55,303 nucleotides of DNA from a virus, in the UHGV virus genome UHGV-0114783; one strand, written 5' to 3'. The position numbers and the translations under genes are program-made. Of this stretch, positions 1-10,053 are shown piece after piece (position 1 is the stretch's first letter; each line of letters opens with the position of its first letter). The notes beneath the pieces are model-generated. The model did not search any database, had not been told where the DNA came from, and worked only from the letters and a program-made list of their open reading frames with translations.

Positions 1-38
1 TTGCAAAAACCGTGCCCTTAAATATTGAATCTCTATTC

Positions 39-55
39 AGAACACTTTCTTAAAT
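39..55. repeat. Left copy of 17-bp direct repeat AGAACACTTTCTTAAAT, candidate attL core
   Basis: Exact 17-bp match with 55249..55265, located about 170 bp upstream of the integrase gene. Confidence 0.5.
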
Positions 56-226
56 TGTCATTTGGCATATTACGAACAATTCCGCGTAAAAACGTTCTGT
101 TACGCTAAACCCTTATCCAGCAGGCTTTCAAGGATGTAAACCATAACACTCTGCGAACTAGTGTTACATTGCGTGTAGCTTTGAGTGGGCAACTTTGTGT
201 ACACTTTTGTGTACCCAAAAACAAAA

Positions 227-1435
227 ATGTGTACCCATTCAATGATCACCGACACAAAGCTCAGGAAGGCGCTCGGCAAGAAAAGAGATGATATCGAGAT
301 TATTTCTGATTCGCACGGGCTCAACGCCAGAATCAGCCAGGCCGGAAAAATATCATTTTTCTATCGGTATCGCTGGGCCGGTAAAGCGGTAAAACTCAAT
401 GTTGGTGATTATCCTGCAATGAGTATCACCCAGGCAAGAGAGCGTCGCCAACAATTCAGAAACTGGTTAACTGAGGGACTGGATCCGCGAGAGCAGGTGA
501 AGCTGGATAAGCAGACCCGACAGGAAGCGATGTCCGTTGCCGAAGCGTTCAATTACTGGATTGAAAGGCACTGTATCGCTAACGGGCTAGTTAAAGTCGA
601 TTACTATCGCCAGGTGTTTGAGAAACATATCGCCGAACCGATGAAGAATGTCAAAGTCGATAACACAGCGAAAATGCACTGGATCAACGTCTTCGATTCT
701 ATAGAAAGCAGGGTGATGGCTCATTACATGCTTTCGCTGTGCAAACGGGCGTTTAGGTTCTGCGTTAACAGAAGTGTGATCGCCTCAAACCCACTCGAGG
801 GATTACTGCCATCTGATGTCGGGCAAAAGCCTAAAAAGAGAACTCGCAGGATGGACGATGACGATCTGCGCAAAATCTATCAGTGGTTGAAAAGCCATAT
901 GTCGATAGAGTCCGTTTTCCTGGTGAAATTTATTATGCTTACCGGATGCCGTACGGCTGAGATTCGACTTAGTGAGAGATCATGGTTTCGATTGGATGAT
1001 AATGAGTGGGTCGTGCCTGCGGGCAGTTATAAAACTCGGGTACATATTAGAAGGGGACTCTCAGACGCCGCCGTTAACCTGGTCAGAAATCACCTCAAGA
1101 AAATAAACACCAATCACCTGGTGACTTCACAACGTAAAATTGATGGCGGGATCAAAGATTCGCCCGTTCATTCACCTGTGGCATCCAATTACGCCCGTTC
1201 TATTTGGAATGGAACAGGTATGGCAGAGTGGTCGCTTCATGATATGAGGCGGACGATAGCCACAAATCTCTCTGAGTTAGGTTGCCCGCCGCACGTAATT
1301 GAAAAGCTGCTCGGGCATCAGATGGTGGGGGTTATGGCGCATTACAACCTTCATGACTATATCGATGATCAGAAACACTGGCTCCGCGTTTGGCAGAGCC
1401 ATCTTGAAGAGATCATCGGAGAGCCCTTCAGTTAA
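227..1435 (+). CDS. int: Tyrosine integrase (P4/CP4-57-like)
   Basis: ORF track 185..1435; N-terminal TDTKLR..FFYRYRW arm-binding-like region and C-terminal R..HxxR..Y-type motifs ([24 protein letters not shown]). Start uncertain (GTG 185, ATG 227 or ATG 242). Confidence 0.85.
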
Positions 1436-1674
1436 TTTATCTTCTTTTTATCCTCCCACTCTTTGATTGACTCAGAGCGCCAGCGGTTAGGGTTGCCGGG
1501 CCAGTCAGGGGGTGGGAACGGGCATACGAAGCCCCGAGGCATTGTGTCTGCACTTTGCCATGACCAAAGGGTTTTGCGTGAAATTTTGTAGCGACTGGTC
1601 AGGTCTGACGTTACCAAAATATCATCCATAGCTCTCTCCAGTTGCCCGTTCGGGCCATTCAAAATCTTTTTCAA
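1432..1674 (-). CDS. Excisionase/AlpA-like small DNA-binding protein
   Basis: 80-aa ORF immediately next to int on the opposite strand; shape typical of Xis/AlpA-like proteins. Confidence 0.45.
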
Positions 1675-1913
1675 CCAACCTGCCCGGGCAGGGAGCGGAG
1701 ACGGCGCATGCCGGTCATCGCTGTGGCCACGTAGCTCGCCTTTCGGTTCACCACCTCCACCCAGACTTTCACGCCTTCAACCTTCACCGTATAAGTCTCT
1801 TTCATCTTGCTTCGCCCATAGTCGCCATATGTTTGCAAGTGAGCTGCCAGCGCGATGTCGCATGCTTGGCGAGCTAAAGGTGATTGCTTACTTCCTCGAT
1901 TGATCAGTCGCAT
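1671..1913 (-). CDS. Hypothetical protein
   Basis: 80-aa ORF in operon with recT/recE-like genes; no recognisable motif. Confidence 0.35.
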   Translation of the reverse strand: MRLINRGSKQSPLARQACDIALAAHLQTYGDYGRSKMKETYTVKVEGVKVWVEVVNRKASYVATAMTGMRRLRSLPGQVG

Positions 1914-1951
1914 ATAATCTCCTTGAGGGAGGGTTACCCCTCCCGGTCTCG

Positions 1952-3070
1952 TCAGGCCACGTATTCCGGTTTCATATCCGCCAGGGTGATGCTGAATTGA
2001 TCGTGCAGTTCATCGCCTAAGTGACGCTTTGAAGATGCAAGCATGCGCTCGGCTTCAGCGAACCGTTCTGCTGCATGCGGCTCGTCGGGCTGGGGCAGGG
2101 ATTTAATAGCCTCCTCAACCTTGTTGCGTGCATCCACTAGGTAATAACGCTTTACGGCTTTGTTTTTCAGCTCGGTGAATAGTGCGGATCCCAGCGTAGC
2201 TTTGGCCGTTTCAATGTCGGCACGCAGCGATTTGGCGCTATCCACGTCCTGAGCAGATTCGATGCGTTCGCGGAAATCATCGGCAAGAGAGTCGACATTT
2301 ACCGACGATTCCTGTGCGCTTTGCGTGGTTGTGACGGTGTCACCTGAGATATCAGCCAGGCTAACGCGTTGCGGCGTTGGGTTGATCTCTTTTTCTGTGC
2401 GCTGTTCAATCTCATCAGGGGTGTACACACCAAGAACAACTGCAGGGCAATATAGGCGCGCCCAGTATTTGAGTGCCAGATAAGCGATCTGCTGTTTCGG
2501 GTTTGATACCCAAAGTGGAGAATTACGTGTGATTACGCTGGAGAGGAAAACAGGCTCTCCCCAGGTGATATCACTTTCACCGCGAATAACGGCACCTACC
2601 CGTACCGACAGTCCTTGTTCATCAGCACTTTCCCAACCGCGTACCATTTCTTTCTTGTCGTACGTCCCGCCACCTTTCGCAGGCTTTTCAACGGTTATCT
2701 CGCGGCTGCTGGCACATTTCGACCAGTCGCCCTCGTACTCATAGTGAAAGCGGCCAACGATGGCGTTTGAGCTGGAGATCACCGCATTAACCAGTTGCGC
2801 TTCGTATCCCAGGACACCGTTAACCAGGTGCGTCTTTTGCGCCACGGCGTAAGGGTTCATACCCCACTGCATCGCCTGCATGATGATGGCCATGCAGTCT
2901 GCCGGATTGCCGCGGAGGTGCTCAGGCACCGTTACGGCTGCCTGTGCCATCAACCCGGCGACAGACTGAAGCTGGGTTAAAGCCTGCACGTTGAAAATGG
3001 CATTGCTGGCTGAGATCGTGTTTGGAGTCTGCTGTTCAGCGGTTACGATATTCGTGTTTTCCATCATCAT
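1952..3070 (-). CDS. recT: RecT-family single-strand annealing recombinase
   Basis: 372-aa ORF directly downstream of the exonuclease gene, sequence character of RecT family. Confidence 0.75.
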   Translation of the reverse strand: MMMENTNIVTAEQQTPNTISASNAIFNVQALTQLQSVAGLMAQAAVTVPEHLRGNPADCMAIIMQAMQWGMNPYAVAQKTHLVNGVLGYEAQLVNAVISSSNAIVGRFHYEYEGDWSKCASSREITVEKPAKGGGTYDKKEMVRGWESADEQGLSVRVGAVIRGESDITWGEPVFLSSVITRNSPLWVSNPKQQIAYLALKYWARLYCPAVVLGVYTPDEIEQRTEKEINPTPQRVSLADISGDTVTTTQSAQESSVNVDSLADDFRERIESAQDVDSAKSLRADIETAKATLGSALFTELKNKAVKRYYLVDARNKVEEAIKSLPQPDEPHAAERFAEAERMLASSKRHLGDELHDQFSITLADMKPEYVA

Positions 3071-3075
3071 TCCCC

Positions 3076-6000
3076 TTATGCCTGAGTACGCAGCGCTTCA
3101 AGGCGGCGCAGGTCGAAGTCGTTCAGTTCGTCGGTGTAGTCAGCAGTGATTGGCGCTGGCCATTCACCTGTGTCGAATCCGGTTGCGATATTGCGCATCG
3201 CTTTGCGGTACTCGAGCATACCCAGCTCCAGTAGTTCAGCGGATGCCTCGATGATGGCGATCCAGTGGTAGTTCTCGTCTTTGTTGACGAAAATCCAGAA
3301 GAACTGATCCAGCGCTGCGGTTTCGCAGTACATAGCCGCGCTCAGGTGATAATCACGTTCAATAATTTCCCGGTGTAGCCTGGCGCGCAGGCTTTCCTGC
3401 TTAACATTCCACATGCTGATGGTTTTCAGGTCTGCACCTATACGCACGCCATCCAGGTCGATCTCAAGGTCAGGGCGCACACGAACTTCCAAGCCCGTCT
3501 CCTCGTCAAAACCAAAGTAGCTCACCTCAACGGCTCGGCTAGGGTGGGTCAGCAGCATGCCGGCGGTCGGGTGTGCCAGAAGCGCTTTTTGAATATTCAG
3601 CGCGGTGCTCAGCTGCTGGCGGGTGACCAGCACTTTTCCTTCCGGGTTATCGCGCCAGGCATCCAGCAGTTCGTCGGCAAATACGGCATCTGGTTTGACT
3701 GCCTTCACGGCCTGGATCATGTCTGCTTTGGTACCGGACACTTTCAGTGGTGCCGGTTTCTGTGCTTCCTGAGCCACAAGGTCAGGGTTGATGATTGCCA
3801 ACTGCTCCAGCAGCGCGTCACGGCTGCCGCTGGTTTTAACCGGCGGCGGCAGGGTGGCGTTGTACTCTTTAATGCATGCCTTCATTGCCGTCGCCGTCTG
3901 CTTCTGGTCACCATCAATACGCTGGAAGTCAGCTGGCAGCGCCATATAGTTCTGTGCCGTTTCTTCCAGGTTAGCGCCAAGCGGAACCTGCGGCGGCAGG
4001 GTGGCGTTGTACTCTTCCAGTAACACCTTGATGTCGTCGGCAGACAGCAGCGCCGGCAGGCTGGCATTGTGCTCATCGATAAAGGCGCGCAGGGTCGCGG
4101 CCGTTGTGAATGCGCCTTCAGGGATCACCGGTTCAACGCTGAATTCTGCGTCCAGTAGTTCAGGCTGCAACGCCAGCGCATGCACCAAGTTGCCCATGTC
4201 CAGCACCGCTGAGCGCTCTTTGACGATGGTTTTCTCTACGTGGCGCGCATTGAAGTACATCAGCGAAACGCGCGCATCTTTCACCTGGGTTGAGCTGATG
4301 CCGTTGGCGGCGTGGTAAACCTCGTTTGGCAGCCCTTCATAGCGGCCTGGCTCGAAATAAGCGGGATAAACAACAGCTGGTTCGTCAGATTGCGCTTCTG
4401 GCTCGGTTTGTGCTGCAACTGGTTCGGTTTGGCTTACAGAATCGCTATTTTTGGCGACAGAATCCGTATTCTGGTCTACATCGTCCTTCTGGCTGGTATC
4501 TGACTCTTCACCAGACTCCAGACTGCTTTCGCCTGGCTGTACTTCATCACCAGCTTGTTTTTCATCACTGACAGTTTCTTGAACCTGCACATTGCTGGTG
4601 GTCTCCGTAGCCTTTTTCGTGCCATGAGTTGCTGAGTTCTGCAGCAAAGCCGTAACGTCGAATATTCCGTTGCCGACATTTTTAACCAGTTCTTGTTCGA
4701 CTTTCTGCGGTTGTGCTGCCGCTTCCTCTGCGCGGCGGCGTGCTCCTTCTTCACGCACGCGTTGCAGGTTCTCTTCGTGAGTGCAGAAGGATTTGCGCGG
4801 AGACTCCTTACCTTCAGGTTGGGGAATTTCCTGTGCTGCGGGTTCAGCCTCATGCAACGGCAATAACTCGACCGCGGAATTGAACGCGGCTGTCATGGTC
4901 TGGTTAACAAATTCCAGGTGAGCGACAGGAGTTAAATGAATATTTTCCGGTGCGATACGTACCAGGTTAAAAATAGCCGTGCGGTTAACACCCAGAACGC
5001 CTGGCTGATTGCGCAGGATGTTGCTCCATGATTTCCATGGTTCTTCTTTTTTGGTCACGATTTCTTTAGCGCGACGAAGAATGCTGCCCGGGATCTCGAA
5101 GTGGTTGAAGTCCATAGGCAGAAGGGCACACGCAATCTCTAAATCGAGAGTGTCCAGTGTGTGGTGTGCGTCAGGTCCACGGTCAGTGACGTAACCGCCG
5201 TCGGCATTAGTGCCGGAATCAGTACGCTGCACACTACTGATGCGATTACCGGCGGCCCATTCGCGAACGAGGATACCGCGGTCGATGTGATCTGTAGCGA
5301 ACCACAATTTCAAAAACTGGATTAAGGTTGCGAGTTCAGGGATTTTTCCATCGACAGGGAAGACTTTCTTAACGGCATTCACGACTTTATGAATATCGTG
5401 CTCAATGGCTTTTTTGAATGCTTCCACATTCTCAGCTGCCAGCAGCAGGTTCTGGACGTACGCGTCATCGGTGTCCATCTCAAGGCGGACAATCTCATTT
5501 TTCTGCCCTGCGTCGATGTGATAGAGATATTCACCATCACCGATGAACTGAGCCAGTACGCGCTGGCGGAATGGCAGGGTGGCAACAACGATCAGGTTCG
5601 GTTGCTGTGTCTGCTGGGATTGCTCTTCGGTATCGACTTCACCATCAACGACGCCACCTTCTGCCCGGCCGTTCTCGTCGGTCTGGATACCGTCCTCAAC
5701 AGTGAGATCTTGACCCGTTGTAACGTCAGCAGCGTTGCTGGTTTCAGTTTTGAGCAACTGCAACTTACCACTGCGCCAGTCTTCTACCAGTTGATTGCGG
5801 TCACCGGCATCGGTGTTCACCCAGTCAGACATGAATGCAGCGATCAATCTTGGCTCGTGCTCTTCGTCTGGTGTGAAAATGTCCTTAACCGCCCGAATCA
5901 TTTTCCACTCAGCATTCAGGCTGAGTTTGGCGGTCGCGGGCACATCGTTCCTTGCCACAAGCAGGCTATGGAGATATGTATTGCCTTCATCCAGTGACAT

Positions 6001-6465
6001 TTCGCTGGCAGCCAACTGCTGCTCTTTAGTGACGTGGGTTTGGTATTTATCGTTCATCAGATGGACGGCAAAGCGGACCGCTGGAGTACGGTTTTCAACC
6101 GGGACAATTTCGGACGCAGTCGCATCTTCAACGATTACGGTCGGAGTAGGTGTGTAGGGGGCGTCAACGGAACCAGTAGACACACCAGCGGCTTTTGGCA
6201 GCCAGGTGCGCCCATCGTCCTGAAGCTCGTAGCGATCACACCAGGTAAAATCAACTTCACCTTCTTTCGGCAGGCCGTCGACAACTGGGAAATCAGTGCG
6301 AATCGGTTTGGCGTAGTCCTTACCCCGACCTGTTTCGATACCTGCATCTTCCAGCGCAACATCCAGCATCAGATTGGCGCGAGCCTCGGTTTTAGCAGTG
6401 AACCAGACCACTGCATCTTGCTTTCCGGATTTCTGAGTGGCTTTAACCACATTAAAGAATTCCAT
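3076..6465 (-). CDS. recE: RecE-like exonuclease VIII (large, with acidic/repeat-rich N-terminal part)
   Basis: 1129-aa ORF upstream of recT; C-terminal region resembles RecE nuclease domain; contains in-frame internal repeats. Confidence 0.65.
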   Translation of the reverse strand: MEFFNVVKATQKSGKQDAVVWFTAKTEARANLMLDVALEDAGIETGRGKDYAKPIRTDFPVVDGLPKEGEVDFTWCDRYELQDDGRTWLPKAAGVSTGSVDAPYTPTPTVIVEDATASEIVPVENRTPAVRFAVHLMNDKYQTHVTKEQQLAASEMSLDEGNTYLHSLLVARNDVPATAKLSLNAEWKMIRAVKDIFTPDEEHEPRLIAAFMSDWVNTDAGDRNQLVEDWRSGKLQLLKTETSNAADVTTGQDLTVEDGIQTDENGRAEGGVVDGEVDTEEQSQQTQQPNLIVVATLPFRQRVLAQFIGDGEYLYHIDAGQKNEIVRLEMDTDDAYVQNLLLAAENVEAFKKAIEHDIHKVVNAVKKVFPVDGKIPELATLIQFLKLWFATDHIDRGILVREWAAGNRISSVQRTDSGTNADGGYVTDRGPDAHHTLDTLDLEIACALLPMDFNHFEIPGSILRRAKEIVTKKEEPWKSWSNILRNQPGVLGVNRTAIFNLVRIAPENIHLTPVAHLEFVNQTMTAAFNSAVELLPLHEAEPAAQEIPQPEGKESPRKSFCTHEENLQRVREEGARRRAEEAAAQPQKVEQELVKNVGNGIFDVTALLQNSATHGTKKATETTSNVQVQETVSDEKQAGDEVQPGESSLESGEESDTSQKDDVDQNTDSVAKNSDSVSQTEPVAAQTEPEAQSDEPAVVYPAYFEPGRYEGLPNEVYHAANGISSTQVKDARVSLMYFNARHVEKTIVKERSAVLDMGNLVHALALQPELLDAEFSVEPVIPEGAFTTAATLRAFIDEHNASLPALLSADDIKVLLEEYNATLPPQVPLGANLEETAQNYMALPADFQRIDGDQKQTATAMKACIKEYNATLPPPVKTSGSRDALLEQLAIINPDLVAQEAQKPAPLKVSGTKADMIQAVKAVKPDAVFADELLDAWRDNPEGKVLVTRQQLSTALNIQKALLAHPTAGMLLTHPSRAVEVSYFGFDEETGLEVRVRPDLEIDLDGVRIGADLKTISMWNVKQESLRARLHREIIERDYHLSAAMYCETAALDQFFWIFVNKDENYHWIAIIEASAELLELGMLEYRKAMRNIATGFDTGEWPAPITADYTDELNDFDLRRLEALRTQA

Positions 6466-6604
6466 GTGAGATCCTCATTTTTGGGTGTTAGAATCCCCGG
6501 ACCATTGATAGCGCCCATTGGGTTAACTTTGGTTTTAATGTTGTTTCCGGTGTAACTTTGGTCGGTACCACCGGACGTAGATCCCGCCTTGCGCGGGGTT
6601 TTCG

Positions 6605-6766
6605 TTATGCTTCGTGGGCCATCTGGTCGAACGAAGCGCAACGTACTGAACAGTAATCACGTTGCTCGCGTTTCAACTGCGTGCCGTGGATAAAGAGCAG
6701 TTCGTTTTTAACTTCCTTCCCTTGCTTGATCGGCTTGCGGCAGTACGCGCATTTTTTCTCCTGCAT
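6605..6766 (-). CDS. Small zinc-ribbon-like protein (53 aa, CxxC..CxxxC)
   Basis: Hand-translated ORF MQEKKCAYCRKPIKQGKEV..., not in ORF track (below the length cutoff); coordinates approximate. Confidence 0.3.
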   Translation of the reverse strand: MQEKKCAYCRKPIKQGKEVKNELLFIHGTQLKREQRDYCSVRCASFDQMAHEA

Positions 6767-6777
6767 AACTCACTCCG

Positions 6778-7086
6778 TTAATGGCTAAGGCCATGTCCTA
6801 AACCGTTTAGATAAACCTCAACCAGCAAATCTTTGGTGTAGGTACGTTCGATGCCACGGTGAAGATACAGGCGACCGCGTGCGTTAGCAGATGCGGTCCA
6901 GGTTGAGTCTTTGTGTTTTACAAGCATCCCCGGCTGAACTGCGCCGCGGTTTACTGTCTGTGTACCGTAGTGCTGATGAACCATGATGTTCTCCAGTTTT
7001 TCTGAGTGAACTTCGCTGGTGGTGCCGCGGCGCTGATCTTCACGGTTGAGCGCTTTAACTCTGCAATTCACCACCGCGAAGCTCAC
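6778..7086 (-). CDS. Hypothetical early leftward-operon protein
   Basis: 102-aa ORF between the immunity region and recE. Confidence 0.35.
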   Translation of the reverse strand: MSFAVVNCRVKALNREDQRRGTTSEVHSEKLENIMVHQHYGTQTVNRGAVQPGMLVKHKDSTWTASANARGRLYLHRGIERTYTKDLLVEVYLNGLGHGLSH

Positions 7087-7593
7087 TTCTGTGCTTTGCC
7101 CTTGTCGCCAAGCTGGCGGAACGTTTCAAACCTACTGCGCGTTTAAGTATTGTTTTGAATACCAAAACCGAGTCAAATCAGCTTTAGTATTGCCACTCTC
7201 AAGTGGTTATCTGTCTTTGAGTTTGTGGATGATGATCTGCATCATCACAGTCCATACCAGATTGGTTATTGCAACCGCTATAGCTGCTGTAGAAACCAAA
7301 GTCGCTAACGAGTAGTTGTCTGCCATAAATCAATCCATCCTTTACATCCTGAGGACGTTTCACCCTTATCGCCTTATCGCCGGCCAGCGGAGTTTTGGGC
7401 CATCTGCGCATTTGTGTGCGTTGTTTGGATGAGGTGATAATAGCTAAAGCGATTATTTGAATCAATCGCCTAAACGATAATATATTTAGATAAAGCGATA
7501 ATTTTATGATTTATAAGATTATTTATTTGTTCGAGAAATGTGTGAGGAAATGACATTAGCGAAGTGATTGGGGGAAATTTAATCTGGTGAGGC

Positions 7594-7618
7594 AATAAAA
7601 AACCCGGCAAGCCGGGTT
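7594..7618 (-). terminator. Rho-independent terminator downstream of the repressor gene
   Basis: GC stem AACCCGGC/GCCGGGTT followed by a T-run on the minus strand right after the repressor stop. Confidence 0.5.
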
Positions 7619-8310
7619 TATGCGAAGCGCTTGTAGTCTATTGATTGTCTCAGTAGCACTTTAGCCATTACGTAGAACTGATCTTCGTCTTCTGACTCAA
7701 TATACCATTTCTCGTAGATAGGGTTGTCTGAGATAACAGCAAGCCGATCTCTTTGCATCTGAAGCCTTTTGACGTGCAGAGTTTTTCCGAACACAAATAC
7801 GTAAACACCATCACCATCAAAATGAGTCACGCCAGTATCAACAAAAATTTGATCTCCTGGTGAGATGGTTCCATCCATGCTGTCGCCGTTCACGGTAATA
7901 ACTTTTACATTAGCTGCGGGGCGATTTCCGAAAAGTGCGCGAGCCTGTTCAGTTGTGTATTCGATTGCTCTTATGGTTTCGATAAAATCGCTGGTAACTA
8001 GCGAGCCAGGACCGGCGCTGGCCTTAACGTCAAGCACATCCACGCGGTATATCTCATTCAAAACTGGTTTAATTTGGTATGGCGTGTTTACTTCGCGAAT
8101 GCCAGATTCAAACATTTCACCTTGTCCTGTTGAAAGCCATTCAGGACGCACACCAAGAACAGATGCGATCTCTACTGTTTTTCGTGAGCCTTTCGCACCT
8201 TTAAGCAATTTATTTACGCTGGACTGAGCCATACCAACATCTTTCGCCAGCTTAGCCTGCGTATATCCAGCGACGTCCATTGCGTGCCCTAAGCGTTCTG
8301 AAAATCCCAT
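7618..8310 (-). CDS. cI: CI-like repressor (HTH plus S24 LexA-like autocleavage domain)
   Basis: 230-aa ORF with N-terminal HTH region (TQAKLAKDVGMAQSSVNKL) and C-terminal S24-like region (GDSM...K), divergent from a Cro-like gene. Confidence 0.8.
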   Translation of the reverse strand: MGFSERLGHAMDVAGYTQAKLAKDVGMAQSSVNKLLKGAKGSRKTVEIASVLGVRPEWLSTGQGEMFESGIREVNTPYQIKPVLNEIYRVDVLDVKASAGPGSLVTSDFIETIRAIEYTTEQARALFGNRPAANVKVITVNGDSMDGTISPGDQIFVDTGVTHFDGDGVYVFVFGKTLHVKRLQMQRDRLAVISDNPIYEKWYIESEDEDQFYVMAKVLLRQSIDYKRFA

Positions 8311-8341
8311 AAAAGCCTCTGTTTAAGTCCCCTTTAAATGG

Positions 8342-8411
8342 TATCGCTAAGGCGATTGCTTGGCAAAAAATCGCATAGGCGATTGACAATCGCTAAAGTG
8401 ATATCCATAAT
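8342..8411 (+). promoter_or_regulatory. Operator cluster (three ATCGC-N-GCGAT-type sites) with PR-like promoter (TTGACA 8383..8388, 17-bp spacer, CATAAT 8406..8411)
   Basis: Repeated TATCGCTAAGGCGAT / AATCGCATAGGCGAT / AATCGCTAAAGTGAT between repressor and cro genes. Confidence 0.5.
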
Positions 8412-8432
8412 CGTTTTAAACTAATAGCTGAG

Positions 8433-8672
8433 GTGATTATGAAGAACCCCGCAGTAGAAAAAGCGATTGCCCTTGTCGGTAGTCAGAAAGAGTTAGCTAA
8501 ACGCTGTGGAAAGGCCCAATCAACGATTTGTGATTGGTTGAATGGGAAGAAGCGTATTTCTCCTGTTCATGTCCCAGACCTTGTTAATGCCGTTAACGGA
8601 GAAATTCAGGCATACGAATTTCGACCTGATCTTCCATCCATTTTTCCACATCCAAATAACCATGCCATTTAG
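8433..8672 (+). CDS. cro: Cro/YdaS-like HTH regulator
   Basis: 79-aa ORF transcribed divergently from cI with HTH-like segment (SQKELAKRCGKAQSTICDWLNGKK). Confidence 0.65.
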   Translation: MIMKNPAVEKAIALVGSQKELAKRCGKAQSTICDWLNGKKRISPVHVPDLVNAVNGEIQAYEFRPDLPSIFPHPNNHAI

Positions 8673-8713
8673 TCAAACCAGTGGCGTAACTCACTTTATG
8701 AGGATTATCACCC

Positions 8714-9034
8714 ATGGAGAACGCAATCGCACGAAAGTTAGACCCGCCAATTATCAATCCGGTTGAGATCGAAAGTGTCCTGCTCAACCGGCTTGCATCA
8801 GTGGGTCAGAAGTCTTACGCCGAGTATATGGGCATAAGCGAGTCGACAGCCAGCAGGCGCAAAGCAGAGGGGCATTTTAGCACCATGGCGAAAGAGCTGG
8901 CCTTCTTGGGTATTCAGGCTGCGCCACCGGAAGCGGTGCTGGTGTCACGTGAATATCTGGCCTCAGTCGAAACGCTCGCTGATATCGGACTGAAAGCCGA
9001 AAGGGCAAGGCCAGGGCCGCTGGGGTGGGATTGA
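8714..9034 (+). CDS. CII-like regulator (putative)
   Basis: 106-aa ORF after cro with HTH-like segment (YAEYMGISESTASRR). Confidence 0.45.
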   Translation: MENAIARKLDPPIINPVEIESVLLNRLASVGQKSYAEYMGISESTASRRKAEGHFSTMAKELAFLGIQAAPPEAVLVSREYLASVETLADIGLKAERARPGPLGWD

Positions 9035-9126
9035 AGATGGCAGAAACCAGAAAAGGCGAAAGCCGCAGTGCACGAACACAAGCGGCTTTCTACGCGAATT
9101 AACTGAACAAATTCACAGGAGTAATT

Positions 9127-10053
9127 ATGGCAAATACTGCTGAAGTAATCAATTTCCCTATCAAAACCGAGCAAACAGGAGGTCCTATGGCCGACCTGTC
9201 CAACGGGTACACCCGGATCGCCAACGAGATTCAGAAGCTCAAACCACGCCTGCGCATGTCGGGGCGTGAATGGCAATGCCTGGAGGCGGTTATCTGGTTG
9301 ACCTACGGATGGAACAAAAAACAGGACCGGGTTACTAATACCGTCATCGCAGGGCTAACAGGCCTGGCTGATACGCATGTATCAGACGCGATCAGTTCTC
9401 TGGCTGAACGTGGAATTATTTTCAGTCACAAGCAGGGCGTGATGAAAATTGTCGGTATAAATACTGACCTGAATGCCTGGATTTTGGACAAACCGAAAAC
9501 GGGAAAACTCTTCCCGAAATCGGGAAAATCCTTCCCGAAAACGGGAAAAACCTTCCCGGAAACAGTAGCCACCCAAGACTATAACAATAACAATATTAAA
9601 AGATCATCGTCAGAGAATTCTGGCGAATCCTCAGACGACCGGCTGAACAAGTTTTTATCAGCTCACCCTGAAGCGGTTATTTACACCCCCAACTTCACCA
9701 AGTGGGGAACAGTTGCTGACCAGCAATGCGCCGAGTGGATCCTCACTCTGCTCGAAAAAGTTAAACCCTTCCCGAAAAAACCCGTCATGGCCGCCTGGGC
9801 GAATGACGTGCGCCTGATGCGCGAGCTGGATGGCCGGAGCCATCGTGAAATCTGCGAGCTTTTCCAGTGGGCCAGCAAGGACGCCTTCTGGCACGCCAAT
9901 ATCCTCTCGCCTGCAAAGCTCCGTGCTAAGTGGGACACGCTCTCACTTCAGCGCGACGCTGCCGCCCGTCGCACCACAACCGGCGGCGTCCCGGGCATCG
10001 ACTTCAACAACACAGACTGGATCAACGAGGTGTTCGATGGAAAGACTATCTGA
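9127..10053 (+). CDS. Replication initiator (lambda O-like) containing the origin iterons
   Basis: 308-aa ORF upstream of the P-like gene; iterons embedded in coding sequence as in lambda O. Confidence 0.65.
   Translation: MANTAEVINFPIKTEQTGGPMADLSNGYTRIANEIQKLKPRLRMSGREWQCLEAVIWLTYGWNKKQDRVTNTVIAGLTGLADTHVSDAISSLAERGIIFSHKQGVMKIVGINTDLNAWILDKPKTGKLFPKSGKSFPKTGKTFPETVATQDYNNNNIKRSSSENSGESSDDRLNKFLSAHPEAVIYTPNFTKWGTVADQQCAEWILTLLEKVKPFPKKPVMAAWANDVRLMRELDGRSHREICELFQWASKDAFWHANILSPAKLRAKWDTLSLQRDAAARRTTTGGVPGIDFNNTDWINEVFDGKTI
9491..9562 (+). repeat. Intragenic origin iterons (CTTCCCGAAA-N-CGGGAAAA units, at least 3 to 4 copies)
   Basis: Tandem roughly 21-bp units visible in DNA and as KTGKLFPKSGKSFPKTGKTFPE in the protein. 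Confidence 0.55.

Noticed and set aside
1-184. tRNA or tmRNA gene at the prophage boundary as integration target
   Set aside because: No cloverleaf-compatible sequence or CCA-type 3-prime end recognised at either end of the window; the target may lie outside it.
195-234. Three GTGTAC repeats at the start of the integrase ORF as possible arm-type sites
   Set aside because: Hexamers are short, lie within or at the putative coding start, and could arise by chance; kept only as a note.
3544-4023. Antisense and nested ORFs inside large genes (for example 3544..4023 and 5389..5997 within recE; 20531..21433 within terL; 22201..23016 within portal; 14717..15448 across the nin region; 52140..52733 across the tail fiber start)
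   Set aside because: They lie entirely within or antisense to long, well-supported phage genes, lack ribosome-binding context and have low-complexity translations; treated as shadow ORFs.
9830-10036. N-terminal extension of the P-like ORF overlapping the O-like gene
   Set aside because: The extension is out of frame with O over more than 200 nt and its translation is low-complexity; an ATG at 10037 overlaps the O stop as expected for coupled genes.
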